A DNA stretch of 62,251 nt, counting the filler. It is 9 parts of 9 records of this genome, joined end to end, with 100 filler letters (N's around TTAATTAATTAA, not from the genome) between each part and the next. Parts side by side here need not be neighbours in the genome. Positions count along the whole stretch, not along the records: positions 37,473 to 44,201 come from DRR723986_31964; positions 44,302 to 49,767 come from DRR723986_31972; positions 49,868 to 55,503 come from DRR723986_32007; 6 more parts are not named here. One strand, given 5' to 3'. The number at the start of each line of letters is the position of its first letter. The stretch's first letter is position 1. Positions 40,865 through 50,649 of this stretch are shown here, in pieces. Below the pieces are notes generated by a model. It was not told where the DNA came from and did not search any database. It saw only the letters and a program-made list of their open reading frames with translations. The position numbers were made by a program, and so were the translations under genes.

Positions 40865-40903
40865 GCCCCCTACCAAAATGGAAGATATTTCGCAGGAGTT
40901 AAC

Positions 40904-41665
40904 ATGCGCTTAACTACAAGCCTTGGCTCTATGCTCATACTGCTTTTGTCGCTGGCAGCCTGTGAGTCTCCAATCGACGTAGAGGCTAACCGCAGACGCA
41001 CATTACTTAACAGCTATACATTATTACCGAGCAAGGCTGCAACTGCGGAAATCAATTACATCTGCACTTTGCGAGAGGATTTTGTGGTTAACATAGAGTT
41101 AGAACTTCAAGAGCAGCAGTTGCGCGACTTCGAGATAAACAGCTTGCAGGTATTTAGCCCAAAATATCCTGCGAGTATAGAAGCAATCCAGTCGCCTTTA
41201 ATATTTGACAGCAATAGTGCATTGAAGTTTAGAGCATTGTTGACAATGGAAGGTCGCAATGCTTCAAAGCGGATCAACGAACCCATAAGTTTGATAATTA
41301 ACGACACATATCGCCAGGACATCGTTGTTGATATGGCCCCGGACACAATCCTGGTCAGGCGCGACCGCGGCAGCGATCAAGAGGTAGCAGTTGGAACAAC
41401 AGCCTACCCGTACATCACAACCTGGAATGTTTGCATTGAAGATTTCCAATTGGAGTTCTTTGAGTTGGATGACCCAGGTGGAGCTCTTACACTGCACGAC
41501 TTCAAGCCGATTTCAACTTTGGAAGGCGGAGAAATTTGGGGCTTCTTTCTCAATTTCACGCCGACTCGTCCCGGTAAATATGAAGCCACAGTCACAATCG
41601 ATTTCAGTACTGACTTTGGCTCAACAATTCGTTTTTTCTACGACGTAACAGTCTACGGAAAATAG
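40904..41665 (+). CDS. Lipoprotein, paralog 2
   Basis: LAA-CESPIDVEANR; LDDPGG; FTPTRPGKYEA; AGGAG upstream. Confidence 0.8.
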   Translation: MRLTTSLGSMLILLLSLAACESPIDVEANRRRTLLNSYTLLPSKAATAEINYICTLREDFVVNIELELQEQQLRDFEINSLQVFSPKYPASIEAIQSPLIFDSNSALKFRALLTMEGRNASKRINEPISLIINDTYRQDIVVDMAPDTILVRRDRGSDQEVAVGTTAYPYITTWNVCIEDFQLEFFELDDPGGALTLHDFKPISTLEGGEIWGFFLNFTPTRPGKYEATVTIDFSTDFGSTIRFFYDVTVYGK

Positions 41666-41728
41666 CAGGCTGACTCACCCTCAAATGCGCCCCCGTGATC
41701 ATGGATAAACACTCAAATTGGACTTGAC

Positions 41729-42334
41729 ATGTTTTTAACATATTTGACTCGACACATATTGACCGCCGTATTCTTAGGCGGATTTGCCGTGGCCGGCTGC
41801 CTGGCAGATGAACATAGAGAGGACACTAAGCTGAGTGGCGAAGGTGAGACCGTGATCCGGCTCAGCCTACACGGCTTTCAGACTTTGGCATTTCCCTCAC
41901 CTGACATCGACGCAACGACGGACCCACTGTTTAACAATGCCAGTGTGTCTGCGGTCTGGCTGCTGGACCGCAGACACGCTTTTGGGGTTGAGGTAGGACG
42001 CGAAAACATCCTGCAGGAGTTTGAAATCAGTCTTGGTGATGCCGACATAGGTTATGAACAGAACTACCTGGCCTGGTTCTACGGTCTGGTATACGAGAAC
42101 ACATCGGAAGCCTGGGAGTCAGCCCCAAAAGTCCACAACTTTTTCCGGATAACCGCCGGCGGAATCAGCACTGGGCCGATGTTAAGAGTCAGTGCCGGGC
42201 TGCAGTATGACCTACTTAAACTGCTTAGTGTGCGGCTGGGTCTGGACTACTCGTCGACCATGTACAAGGTTGACACACTCTGGTTTATCTCGCAAAGACT
42301 GGGTTTCCGCTTTGGGCTGGACGTTAACATTTAG
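41729..42334 (+). CDS. Stand-alone small outer-membrane beta-barrel, paralogous to the anti-sigma C-terminus
   Basis: Signal peptide; collinear with 39588-40067 (GFQT..FP, E..LQ.FE, Y.QN.LA..YG..YE, TGPM.R.SAGL, WF.S...G...GL). Confidence 0.75.
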   Translation: MFLTYLTRHILTAVFLGGFAVAGCLADEHREDTKLSGEGETVIRLSLHGFQTLAFPSPDIDATTDPLFNNASVSAVWLLDRRHAFGVEVGRENILQEFEISLGDADIGYEQNYLAWFYGLVYENTSEAWESAPKVHNFFRITAGGISTGPMLRVSAGLQYDLLKLLSVRLGLDYSSTMYKVDTLWFISQRLGFRFGLDVNI

Positions 42335-42448
42335 TGATTCAGGAACCACGTTACCGCTTCAGGTGCCGTTGACCTTTCCATCATGCAGCGCAGGTAAATT
42401 TTGCCATTATTTGATACATTTCCATTGTCTGATTAGGAGGACTAGGTC

Positions 42449-43243
42449 ATGCGTATTTTATTAACACTTTTGTGCCTTTTAACTATTCTAGTATTGCCTG
42501 CCTGCGACTCACCGACGGATGTTGAGGCAAATCGCTTCAAGTCGATTGATGGAGGTGAGGACGATCCTGATTTTTCGGCCACGGCGGAGCGTCTGTTCCA
42601 GTGCCCTGGTTCAGAAGAAGTGTTGATATTTGTAATGTTTTATCACGAAGATCTTTGGGAACTGGAAGACGACGACTATCCACTGCGAATCTTCCATGAA
42701 CATGCTGACATAGAAGTTATAGGCGATTATTCGGAGCATCCTACTTTAGTGGTTACTCCGGGAAACCCGGACGGTTCTGTTGAGTTTCCGATCTCCTACT
42801 ATGCCACTATGAAGTTCGCGGCAGGCACATCGGCAGAGGAACGACTTAACAGCAAGCTGCGCGTTGTAGCCGGCGACCGCTTTGCAACAACGATAGACAT
42901 TCGACAAAGCGCTGGATTTCCGGCGTTCGGTGAAGGAATCTTTACGCATGACTTCGGAGCAGTCGAGCTCGGGCAGACAGGCAGTCACCTTTTATCATTT
43001 TGTCAGCACTGCCCTGGTGCCTGGATTTTGGAGTCGATTCAGTTAGATGATCCGGCGGGCCTACTTTCGCCCGAATTCCCTACTTTACCGCATCGGATTG
43101 AAAGAATTTCAGACTTTCGCGCAGTAGTCAACTTTCAGCCGCGAACCACGGGTGACTTCCAAGCTACGATGACGATGAACTTTCGGACCGAATCAGGCCA
43201 CGCATTCCAATCTGTTTATAACTACAGTGGCAGCGGAGAATAA
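42449..43243 (+). CDS. Lipoprotein, paralog 3
   Basis: LPA-CDSPTDVEANR; DFGAVELG; LDDPAG; FQPRTTGDFQA; AGGAGG upstream. Confidence 0.8.
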   Translation: MRILLTLLCLLTILVLPACDSPTDVEANRFKSIDGGEDDPDFSATAERLFQCPGSEEVLIFVMFYHEDLWELEDDDYPLRIFHEHADIEVIGDYSEHPTLVVTPGNPDGSVEFPISYYATMKFAAGTSAEERLNSKLRVVAGDRFATTIDIRQSAGFPAFGEGIFTHDFGAVELGQTGSHLLSFCQHCPGAWILESIQLDDPAGLLSPEFPTLPHRIERISDFRAVVNFQPRTTGDFQATMTMNFRTESGHAFQSVYNYSGSGE

Positions 43244-43311
43244 ACGAGTTTGAGGCAAATGCCATGTCCACAGTATTCAGCCATTTAACATCCAGAGAAT
43301 GAGATCAGCTT

Positions 43312-44067
43312 ATGCGGCCATATACAGTCTGTTTACTTGCAGTATGTTTCCTCCTGCCATTCACGGCTTGCGACTCACCAACCGATGTGCCCGCGAACCG
43401 GCGCAAGGAGCTGTTAAATGATTTGCCAAAACATCCGACGATTGGATATGGTGGAGTGCATCTATACGACTGCCCAGAAGAAGATGAGTTTTCAATAGCG
43501 ATTCTCTTAATCGCTGATGTACAGGACCTCCCTCTCGAGATTTCGTCAATATACTTTTTTAGTGAAGTCGCAGATGTGGACGTCATTAACTTTGACCGTA
43601 CTCAAGAGTTCCATAGTACATATTATGCGACAGTTACACTTCACAACAATGGGGACCGGGATAACATTGAATGGCTGGAGTTACTTGCAATTGTCAATGG
43701 TGAATTTCAGGTTCCCTTCAGTGTGGACATGCGCAGGGGTGCGGACGCATCGGAACAGGAAGATCGCAACATAGAATTTGGAGACGTGGTAATTGGCGAG
43801 GAAGCGAGCAACAATGATGTAATGTGCAATCACTGTAGTTCTGGCTGGCAGTTGGAATCTATTGAATTCGACGATCCGTCGGGAGCATTTGAGCCGCAGC
43901 TGCCGGCGATTCCAGCCGACATCTCACGCGGCGAGGAGTTTACGATTGGAATGTTGTTTAAGCCTACAGAAGCCGGGGACCACATAGCAGTTCTACGACT
44001 CAACTTCCGCGACGATGGCGGCAAGAACTTGCAATGGATGTACACGTATTCTGGCCGTGGCATTTAA
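43312..44067 (+). CDS. Lipoprotein, paralog 4
   Basis: FTA-CDSPTDVPANR; EFGDVVIG; FDDPSG; FKPTEAGDHIA. Confidence 0.8.
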   Translation: MRPYTVCLLAVCFLLPFTACDSPTDVPANRRKELLNDLPKHPTIGYGGVHLYDCPEEDEFSIAILLIADVQDLPLEISSIYFFSEVADVDVINFDRTQEFHSTYYATVTLHNNGDRDNIEWLELLAIVNGEFQVPFSVDMRRGADASEQEDRNIEFGDVVIGEEASNNDVMCNHCSSGWQLESIEFDDPSGAFEPQLPAIPADISRGEEFTIGMLFKPTEAGDHIAVLRLNFRDDGGKNLQWMYTYSGRGI

Positions 44068-44201
44068 CATTGCGTTCATCCTAATTATATTCAATGGATC
44101 CACGCAGACTGATGGCTGGTTGTTCAAAGACTTGAGGCAGACTCCACGACTTGTGGATTCTGTCTCGGTGATTAACAAAACAATCAAAAAGCCTGAGACC
44201 A

Positions 44202-44301
44202 NNNNNNNNNNNNNNNNNNNNNNNNNNNNNNNNNNNNNNNNNNNNTTAATTAATTAANNNNNNNNNNNNNNNNNNNNNNNNNNNNNNNNNNNNNNNNNNN
44301 N
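44202..44301. other. Artificial contig spacer
   Basis: N-run + TTAATTAATTAA + N-run. Confidence 0.98.
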
Positions 44302-44559
44302 GCCGCGCTGCGCGGTGTCCATGGCCTCGGCCAGTCCCAGCCCCTGATCCCACAGCCAGTGCCGGAATTTCAGCGTATTTTCCCAATCGACAGCCGGAGA
44401 ACCAACCCATGGATCGCGCTCGCGCAGCGGATCGGACACCACATGCGCCGCGGCAAAAGCGGTGCGGGTCAGCGGCACCCGCGGGGCACGCGGGGTCAGG
44501 GCTTCTCCGATGAGGCTGTAGGGTTCCAGACGATTTTCGTAGGTGGGCAGGGTCAGCAT
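44302..44559 (-). CDS. DUF993 / DHDPS-like family protein, N-terminal part
   Basis: AFAAAHVVSDP...DW..TL.FR..LW..GLG.AEAMDTAQRG. Confidence 0.8.
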
Positions 44560-44586
44560 GATACGCTCCGGAAACTTGGCGGCCGG

Positions 44587-44901
44587 TCAGGCCGAGACGG
44601 GAATATCGAGGACGAGAATGCCGTCGATCCCGCCGATGGCATTGGCGACCAGCTTGGCGCCGAGCGCCTTGTGGTCCGGATGGGTCTGGTAGGCTTCCAG
44701 TGCCTCCCAGCTTTCGAAATCGACGGTGAAACCGTGCACGTAGCCCCGTTCGATCTGTTCAGGGCTTTCGCTGCGGCCCGAAACGATCTCGCCGATGCCC
44801 GACACCTGATCGCGGATGCTTCTGAGTTCCTGAAACAGGCTTTCGATCAGCTCTTCGGCAACATCCGGCTGAAACTTGATGAGAACGATATGACGGATCA
44901 T
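44587..44901 (-). CDS. Dabb (stress-responsive alpha/beta barrel) family protein
   Basis: MIRHIVLIKF...GY.HGF.VDF...L.AY..HPDH. Confidence 0.88.
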   Translation of the reverse strand: MIRHIVLIKFQPDVAEELIESLFQELRSIRDQVSGIGEIVSGRSESPEQIERGYVHGFTVDFESWEALEAYQTHPDHKALGAKLVANAIGGIDGILVLDIPVSA

Positions 44902-46490
44902 GACAGCGCCCCGTGATCTTGGCGGATCATGTCGGAGGCTTTCTCGCCGATCATGATGGCCGCGGCATTGGTGTTGGAGGAAACAACCGTCGGCATGATG
45001 GAAGCATCGACCACGCGAAGCCCCTCCACACCGTTGAACCTCAGGCGCGGATCGACCACGGCCTTGTCGTCGGAGCCCATGCGGCAGGTACCTGCCGGGT
45101 GATGGGAGGTCTTGGAGTGTTCACAGATGAAGCGGAAGTAGTCTTCGTCGGTCCTCACGCCTGGTCCCGGCAAGTGCTCGGCCTTGATGAAGGGCTTCAG
45201 CGGCGCCTGCGCCAGAATTTCCTGCGTCAGCTTCAGGCCCCGGATCGACATTTCCCGGTCCTGGCTGTCCTGCAGGTAATTCGGGTCGATCAACGGAGCA
45301 TCTGCGGGATTGGAGCTCTTCAGGCGCACGCTGCCCCTTGAGCGCGGACGAAGATAACAGGAGTTAAGCGTCACGCCGCCGTCCGGCATGGCAGCAACGC
45401 CGGATTCGATCCCCGTCCCCAGACCCAGATGGAACTGAAGGTCCGGCGAACGCGCATCGGGGTTCGCGTACCAGAACCCGCCCGTCTCGAACAGGCTGGA
45501 GGACACCGGCCCGCGCCGGGTGAGCAGATATTGAAGGCCGGCCAGCACAGAGAGATGCGGCTTGGCATAGCGGTCGTAGGTGTGCGGGCCGCTGACTTCG
45601 CAAATGCAGTAGAGATCCAGATGGTCCTGCAGGTTGGAACCGACCTCAGGCTGGTCATAGGCGATATCGATGCCGAGCTTTCTGAGTTCGTCCGCGGGAC
45701 CGATGCCGGAAAGCTGAAGCAGACGGGGCGAGCCAATGGAACCGGAGGACAGAATGACTTCAGAGCCCGCCGTCAGCCGGGTGCCGTCGATGAGTTCGAC
45801 ACCGGTCGCCTTGCCGCCTTCCACCACGATACGGCGCACCTGGGCACCGGTCTTGATGTGGAGATTGGGCCTGCCCTTGTTGGGCGCCAGATACGCCATG
45901 GCGGAGGAAGACCGGCGGGCATTGCGCTGTGTCAGCTGGTAGTAGGCAACACCGTCCTGCTTCTCGCCGGCCACGTCCTCGTTTTTCGGAATGCCGAGCG
46001 CAGCAGCGGCTTCGAAATAGGCTTCGCAGATCGGCAGCGGGGCACAGGGCCTGGAAACGCCGAGCGGGCCGCCCTTGCCGTGGTAGCGGTTGTCGTAGGT
46101 GTCGTTGTCCTCGGCCTTGCGGTAATAGGGCAGAACATCTTCATAGCCCCAGCCCTCGCAGCCCATCTGACGCCACTCGTCATAATCGAGCGCATTGCCG
46201 CGGGTATAGATCTGCGCATTGATGGCCGAACCGCCGCCAATCACCTTGGCCTGGGTATACCGGAACACGCGGTTCTGCATGTGTTTTTGCGGCACCGTGT
46301 GCCAGCCCCAGGAGCCGATCCCCTTGGTCATTTTCGCAAAGCCGGCAGGCAGGTGATAGAACGGATGCCAGTCGCGCCCGCCTGCTTCCAGCAGCAGCAC
46401 GGAAACGTCCGGGTTCTCGGTTAAACGCGCGGCAACAACCGAGCCGGCGCTGCCACCACCGATGATGATGAAGTCGTAGCCTGTATTCAT
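44898..46490 (-). CDS. GMC oxidoreductase (choline/sorbose dehydrogenase-like)
   Basis: Start MNTGYDFIIIGGGSAG at 46490; GGGSAINA, NLQDH, HPAGTCRMG, NTNAA. Confidence 0.92.
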   Translation of the reverse strand: MNTGYDFIIIGGGSAGSVVAARLTENPDVSVLLLEAGGRDWHPFYHLPAGFAKMTKGIGSWGWHTVPQKHMQNRVFRYTQAKVIGGGSAINAQIYTRGNALDYDEWRQMGCEGWGYEDVLPYYRKAEDNDTYDNRYHGKGGPLGVSRPCAPLPICEAYFEAAAALGIPKNEDVAGEKQDGVAYYQLTQRNARRSSSAMAYLAPNKGRPNLHIKTGAQVRRIVVEGGKATGVELIDGTRLTAGSEVILSSGSIGSPRLLQLSGIGPADELRKLGIDIAYDQPEVGSNLQDHLDLYCICEVSGPHTYDRYAKPHLSVLAGLQYLLTRRGPVSSSLFETGGFWYANPDARSPDLQFHLGLGTGIESGVAAMPDGGVTLNSCYLRPRSRGSVRLKSSNPADAPLIDPNYLQDSQDREMSIRGLKLTQEILAQAPLKPFIKAEHLPGPGVRTDEDYFRFICEHSKTSHHPAGTCRMGSDDKAVVDPRLRFNGVEGLRVVDASIMPTVVSSNTNAAAIMIGEKASDMIRQDHGALS

Positions 46491-46515
46491 CTGAAGTCTC
46501 TCAGAACAACTCGCT

Positions 46516-47274
46516 CTAAAGCCGGGGGATCGACAGTCCGCCGTCCACCGCGAAGGTCGAACCGGTTGCAAAGGCCATTTGGCCATCGGCAATCGGCACG
46601 ATGATTGAGCCGATATCGGCGGGCTGCCCCCACCTGGCAGCAGGCACCAGACCGCCTTCGATCCGGGCCGTGTATTTGTCTTTCACTCCGGCGGTCATGC
46701 CGGTTTCGATGATGCCTGGCCTTAGCTCGAAGACACCGATGCCATGCGGCGCAAGCCGGACGGCGAAAAGCTCCGCCATCATGGCGGCGCCTGCTTTCGA
46801 CAGGCAATATTCCGCCCTTTCGATCGACACCATCTCCGCACTTACGGAGGTGATGAAGCTCATCGAGCGATAGCTGTCTGACGGCTGATCCAGCATGCGT
46901 CTCGCCACGTCCTGCGCCAGGAAGAAGGCCCCGCGCAGGTTGATACCCATGACGAAGTCGAAACTGTCGGGCGCCAGATCCAGCATGTCGCCCCGGATCC
47001 TGGCCGGAACGCCCGCGTTGGAAACAAAAGCCGTCACCGGCCCGAGATCCGCCTCCACCCGGTCGAGCAGCGTCTTGCAATTGTCGATGTCCAGAAGGTC
47101 ATGCCGGAAATAGCGACCCTTGCCACTCAGGCTGTTCAGGGCTTCGACCACCTCCGGCGCGTCGGCTTCTTCCTGAGCGGCGATGGCAACCGTGTAACCG
47201 GCGTCCGAGAGAGCCCTCGAAATGCCAAGACCGATGCCGCGCTGGCCACCGGTGACAAGTGCGATCCTGTTCAT
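46516..47274 (-). CDS. Short-chain dehydrogenase/reductase
   Basis: TGGQRGIG, SNAG, YCLSK, VDGGL. Confidence 0.92.
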   Translation of the reverse strand: MNRIALVTGGQRGIGLGISRALSDAGYTVAIAAQEEADAPEVVEALNSLSGKGRYFRHDLLDIDNCKTLLDRVEADLGPVTAFVSNAGVPARIRGDMLDLAPDSFDFVMGINLRGAFFLAQDVARRMLDQPSDSYRSMSFITSVSAEMVSIERAEYCLSKAGAAMMAELFAVRLAPHGIGVFELRPGIIETGMTAGVKDKYTARIEGGLVPAARWGQPADIGSIIVPIADGQMAFATGSTFAVDGGLSIPRL

Positions 47275-48755
47275 GCCGCCAGATCCTTCTTGATGGTTTC
47301 GGCGGCGCGCAGCGCCAACGCCGCGACCGTGAGGGCCGGATTGACAGCAGCCGAAGTTGGCAGCGCACCGGCATCGGCCACAAACAGGTTCGGATGATCC
47401 CAGGACCGGCAGTCCGGATTGAGCACGGAGTTAGCTGGATCATCGCCCATGCGCACCGTACCGCACTGATGCGAGGGCACCCTGCCGTCGAACAGGCGCG
47501 ACAGCACCAGCGGGAAACCGGCCTCGCGCAGGGTCTTGCGGGTCTTCTCGACCAGCTTCCTGTGCGCCGTCATGTTGGACCGCTGCCAGATGAGCTGGAT
47601 CCTGCCGTCCTTCAGGACAACCCGGCTTTCAGGATCGGGCAGATCCTCGGAAATCAGATAGAGATCGAGCGCATGGCCGGAAATCCAGCGGGCAGCGAAT
47701 TTCGGCAACTGCGGCACCTGGATCTTCAGGATATCCGGCGTCACACGACCCAGCAGCTGGACGTTGCCCAATGGCTTGCCGTCTTCGCCGTCATCGAGAT
47801 ACCAGTCATTCAGGCCGAAGGTCTTTTGATAGACAGAAGTATTCCGGAACCGCGGATCGATGGCGATCATCGCCGTCGCATTGTGGTTCATGAAACAACG
47901 GCCGACATAGTCCGAGAGGTTGGCAACGCCGGATCGCAACAAGAGCGCTGCGGACTGGACAGCACCTGCACACAGGGCAACGACCCCTGGTGTCAGGCAG
48001 ATCTCTTCACCGTCCTTGCTGTAGTGGACTTCATCGATACGGCCGGACTTGTAGCCCGTCCGGAGCGCGGTGACTTCGGCACCGGTGACAAGGGTGACGT
48101 TGTCATGAGCCATTGCGGCTTCCAGTGCACAGGTTTCTGCATCCATCTTGCCGCATCTGAGGTCGGGGTAACCGTCCCAGCCGGTATGCCCGGCATCCAG
48201 CCAGCGGTCGATATCAACCCCCAGCGGCAGGCTGAACGGGCGAACGCCCGCCTGCTCGAGGCGCCGCCGGGCAATCCGGATGGCTTCCTCGTCCGGGATG
48301 GGCGGAAACGGATAAGGCCTGCCATGCGGCGGTTCAGTCGGATCGGAAGCGGTATCGCCCCGAACCTGGAAAAGCTGTTCGGCGGCGTCATACCAGGGCG
48401 ACAGCTCGTCATAGGCAATCGGCCAGGCAGGTGAAACACCGTCATAATGCTCCAGCGCGCTGAAGTCCTCTTCCCGGTAACGGATCAGCACCGCACCATA
48501 GAGCTTCGAGTTGCCACCGACATTGTAGTAGTTGCCCGGCTCGAACGGATTACCCTGTCCATCGAGCCAGGTTTCCGGCGCCCGGAAGGCGCTGTTGGTA
48601 TAGATGCGCCAGGGGTCCCGGGCCGGAGCGTCGTCCGGGATCCGGTATCCCCGTTCCAGAATCGTGATCTTGGCCCCGGTCGGAGCAAGGCCCGCGGCAA
48701 GGGAAGCTCCTCCCATGCCGCTGCCGATGATCACAATGTCGGGCGCCGTATTCAT
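47271..48755 (-). CDS. GMC-family FAD oxidoreductase
   Basis: IIGSGMGG, VGGNSK.YGA, GRCFMNH, HQCGTVRMG, VNPALT. Confidence 0.9.
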   Translation of the reverse strand: MNTAPDIVIIGSGMGGASLAAGLAPTGAKITILERGYRIPDDAPARDPWRIYTNSAFRAPETWLDGQGNPFEPGNYYNVGGNSKLYGAVLIRYREEDFSALEHYDGVSPAWPIAYDELSPWYDAAEQLFQVRGDTASDPTEPPHGRPYPFPPIPDEEAIRIARRRLEQAGVRPFSLPLGVDIDRWLDAGHTGWDGYPDLRCGKMDAETCALEAAMAHDNVTLVTGAEVTALRTGYKSGRIDEVHYSKDGEEICLTPGVVALCAGAVQSAALLLRSGVANLSDYVGRCFMNHNATAMIAIDPRFRNTSVYQKTFGLNDWYLDDGEDGKPLGNVQLLGRVTPDILKIQVPQLPKFAARWISGHALDLYLISEDLPDPESRVVLKDGRIQLIWQRSNMTAHRKLVEKTRKTLREAGFPLVLSRLFDGRVPSHQCGTVRMGDDPANSVLNPDCRSWDHPNLFVADAGALPTSAAVNPALTVAALALRAAETIKKDLAA

Positions 48756-48758
48756 GGG

Positions 48759-49767
48759 TCAGGCGATCCGCTTTTCGGTCTTCGGGTCGAAAGCGACCGC
48801 CTTTTCCATGTTGAAGGCAAACGGGAACACTTCTCCCGCCTTCACGGCAACGTCGGCACGGAAGCGGCCGGTCACGTCCTTGCCGCCGATCTGGCTGACG
48901 ACGAACGTGTCGGAACCTGCCGGCTCGGTGACTTCCACCGGAGCATCGACGATGTGAACCGCCTTGGAATTGCGGTCGGCACCATCCTTGTCGGTAATGG
49001 CTTCCGGCCGAATGCCGAGGATGATGTCCTTGCCGATGCTGGAAGAGAGCGCGTCGGAGGCAAACGGAATGGCCGCCGTCTTGCCGTCTGCCAGCGAGAC
49101 TTCCGCAGCCGGCCTGCCGTCCGCCGAGACCACCTTGGCCGGGAACAGGTTCATGGAAGGCGATCCCATGAAGCCCGCCACGAACATGTTGGCCGGATTG
49201 TCGTAGATCTCTTTCGGTGTGCCCAGCTGCTGGACATAGCCACCGAACATGACAGCGATCCGGGTCGACAGCGTCAGTGCCTCGATCTGGTCATGGGTCA
49301 CATAGACGATTGTCGTGCCGAGCTTCTGGTGCAGCTTCTTGATTTCCGTGCGCATGTCGACGCGCAGCTTTGCATCAAGGTTGGACAGCGGTTCGTCAAA
49401 CAGGAACACGTCCGGCTCGCGCACCAGTGCACGCCCCATGGCGACACGCTGGCGCTGACCACCGGAAAGCTGGCCCGGCTTGCGGTCGAGCAGATGACTG
49501 ATCTGAAGGAGATCGGCCACCTGGCCGATCCGCTTTTCGCGTTCCGGCTTCGCAATGCCGTGCATTTCCATGCCGAAGGAGATGTTCCCGGCGACGGTCA
49601 TGTTCGGGTAAAGCGCGTAGGACTGGAACACCATTGCGATGTTGCGGTCCGCCGGCTTGACGCCGTTCATGCTCTTGCCCTTGATCGCGATCTCGCCGGA
49701 GGTGATGTCCTCTAGGCCGGCAATCATGTTGAGCAGGGTGGACTTGCCGCAGCCGGACGGGCCGACG
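48759..49767 (-). CDS. Sugar ABC transporter ATPase, 5'-truncated
   Basis: VGPSGCGKST at contig edge; [23 protein letters not shown]. Confidence 0.94.
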
Positions 49768-49867
49768 NNNNNNNNNNNNNNNNNNNNNNNNNNNNNNNNN
49801 NNNNNNNNNNNTTAATTAATTAANNNNNNNNNNNNNNNNNNNNNNNNNNNNNNNNNNNNNNNNNNNN
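49768..49867. other. Artificial contig spacer
   Basis: N-run + TTAATTAATTAA + N-run. Confidence 0.98.
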
Positions 49868-49941
49868 AACAGATCTTACATTGCTTTTGCCACCTTATTG
49901 GTAGAAAAGGGGGAAAAGCACTCAATATATTTCAATTCGTC

Positions 49942-50649
49942 TCACAACAACTTCATCCCATCCAATTTCCTGAAAAAATCCTCCCGATAATTCCTGCTGA
50001 TAGGATAAAGCTCCTTTCCTATCAAAACATCATTAGTCTGCACTTCATCGATATGCCGCATATTGATGATAAAAGATCGATGGATACGGACGAATTCTCC
50101 AGGCAAGGCATTTGCAATCCCGGTCAGGGAAACCAGAGACATCACTTTTCGGCTTGGTGTTATAAATTTCACATATTCTCTTTGGGCTTCAATCGCCTGG
50201 ATTTCTGAAAAAAGAAACTTCACGATGCGGGTATCGGTCTTTATAAAAAAGTAATCAGGTTTCTCAGCGGCTTCTTCTGTAGTCACCTGCGCCGAAAGGT
50301 ATTCTGTAGCCTTTTCGATTGCCTTTGTAAACCGCTCAAAGGAAACCGGCTTCATCAGGTAATCAATCACATCCAGTTCATAGCCTTTGACTGCATATTC
50401 CTCATAGGCAGTCACAAAAATAGTGAGTGGCTTTTCCTCCAATTCATTCAGCAAATCCATACCCGTCATCAGAGGCATGCGAATGTCAAGCAATAGGATA
50501 TCAACCTGATTTTCTTTTAAAAACCCCAGCGCTTCCTCCCCGTTTTTGCACACCCCAGCGAGTTCCAAATTTGACATTTTGGATACATAATCGGAAAGCA
50601 ACTTCCTTGCTGGCGGCTCGTCGTCTACAATTAAAACATGGTAGCTCAT
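49942..50649 (-). CDS. LytTR-family response regulator
   Basis: IVDDEP, LLDIRMP, DYLMKP, FVRIHRSFIIN. Confidence 0.95.
   Translation of the reverse strand: MSYHVLIVDDEPPARKLLSDYVSKMSNLELAGVCKNGEEALGFLKENQVDILLLDIRMPLMTGMDLLNELEEKPLTIFVTAYEEYAVKGYELDVIDYLMKPVSFERFTKAIEKATEYLSAQVTTEEAAEKPDYFFIKTDTRIVKFLFSEIQAIEAQREYVKFITPSRKVMSLVSLTGIANALPGEFVRIHRSFIINMRHIDEVQTNDVLIGKELYPISRNYREDFFRKLDGMKLL

Noticed and set aside
32971-49715. Long antisense ORFs over the TRAP, GMC and ABC genes (378, 331, 391, 422 aa)
   Set aside because: Mirror frames of well-supported high-GC genes
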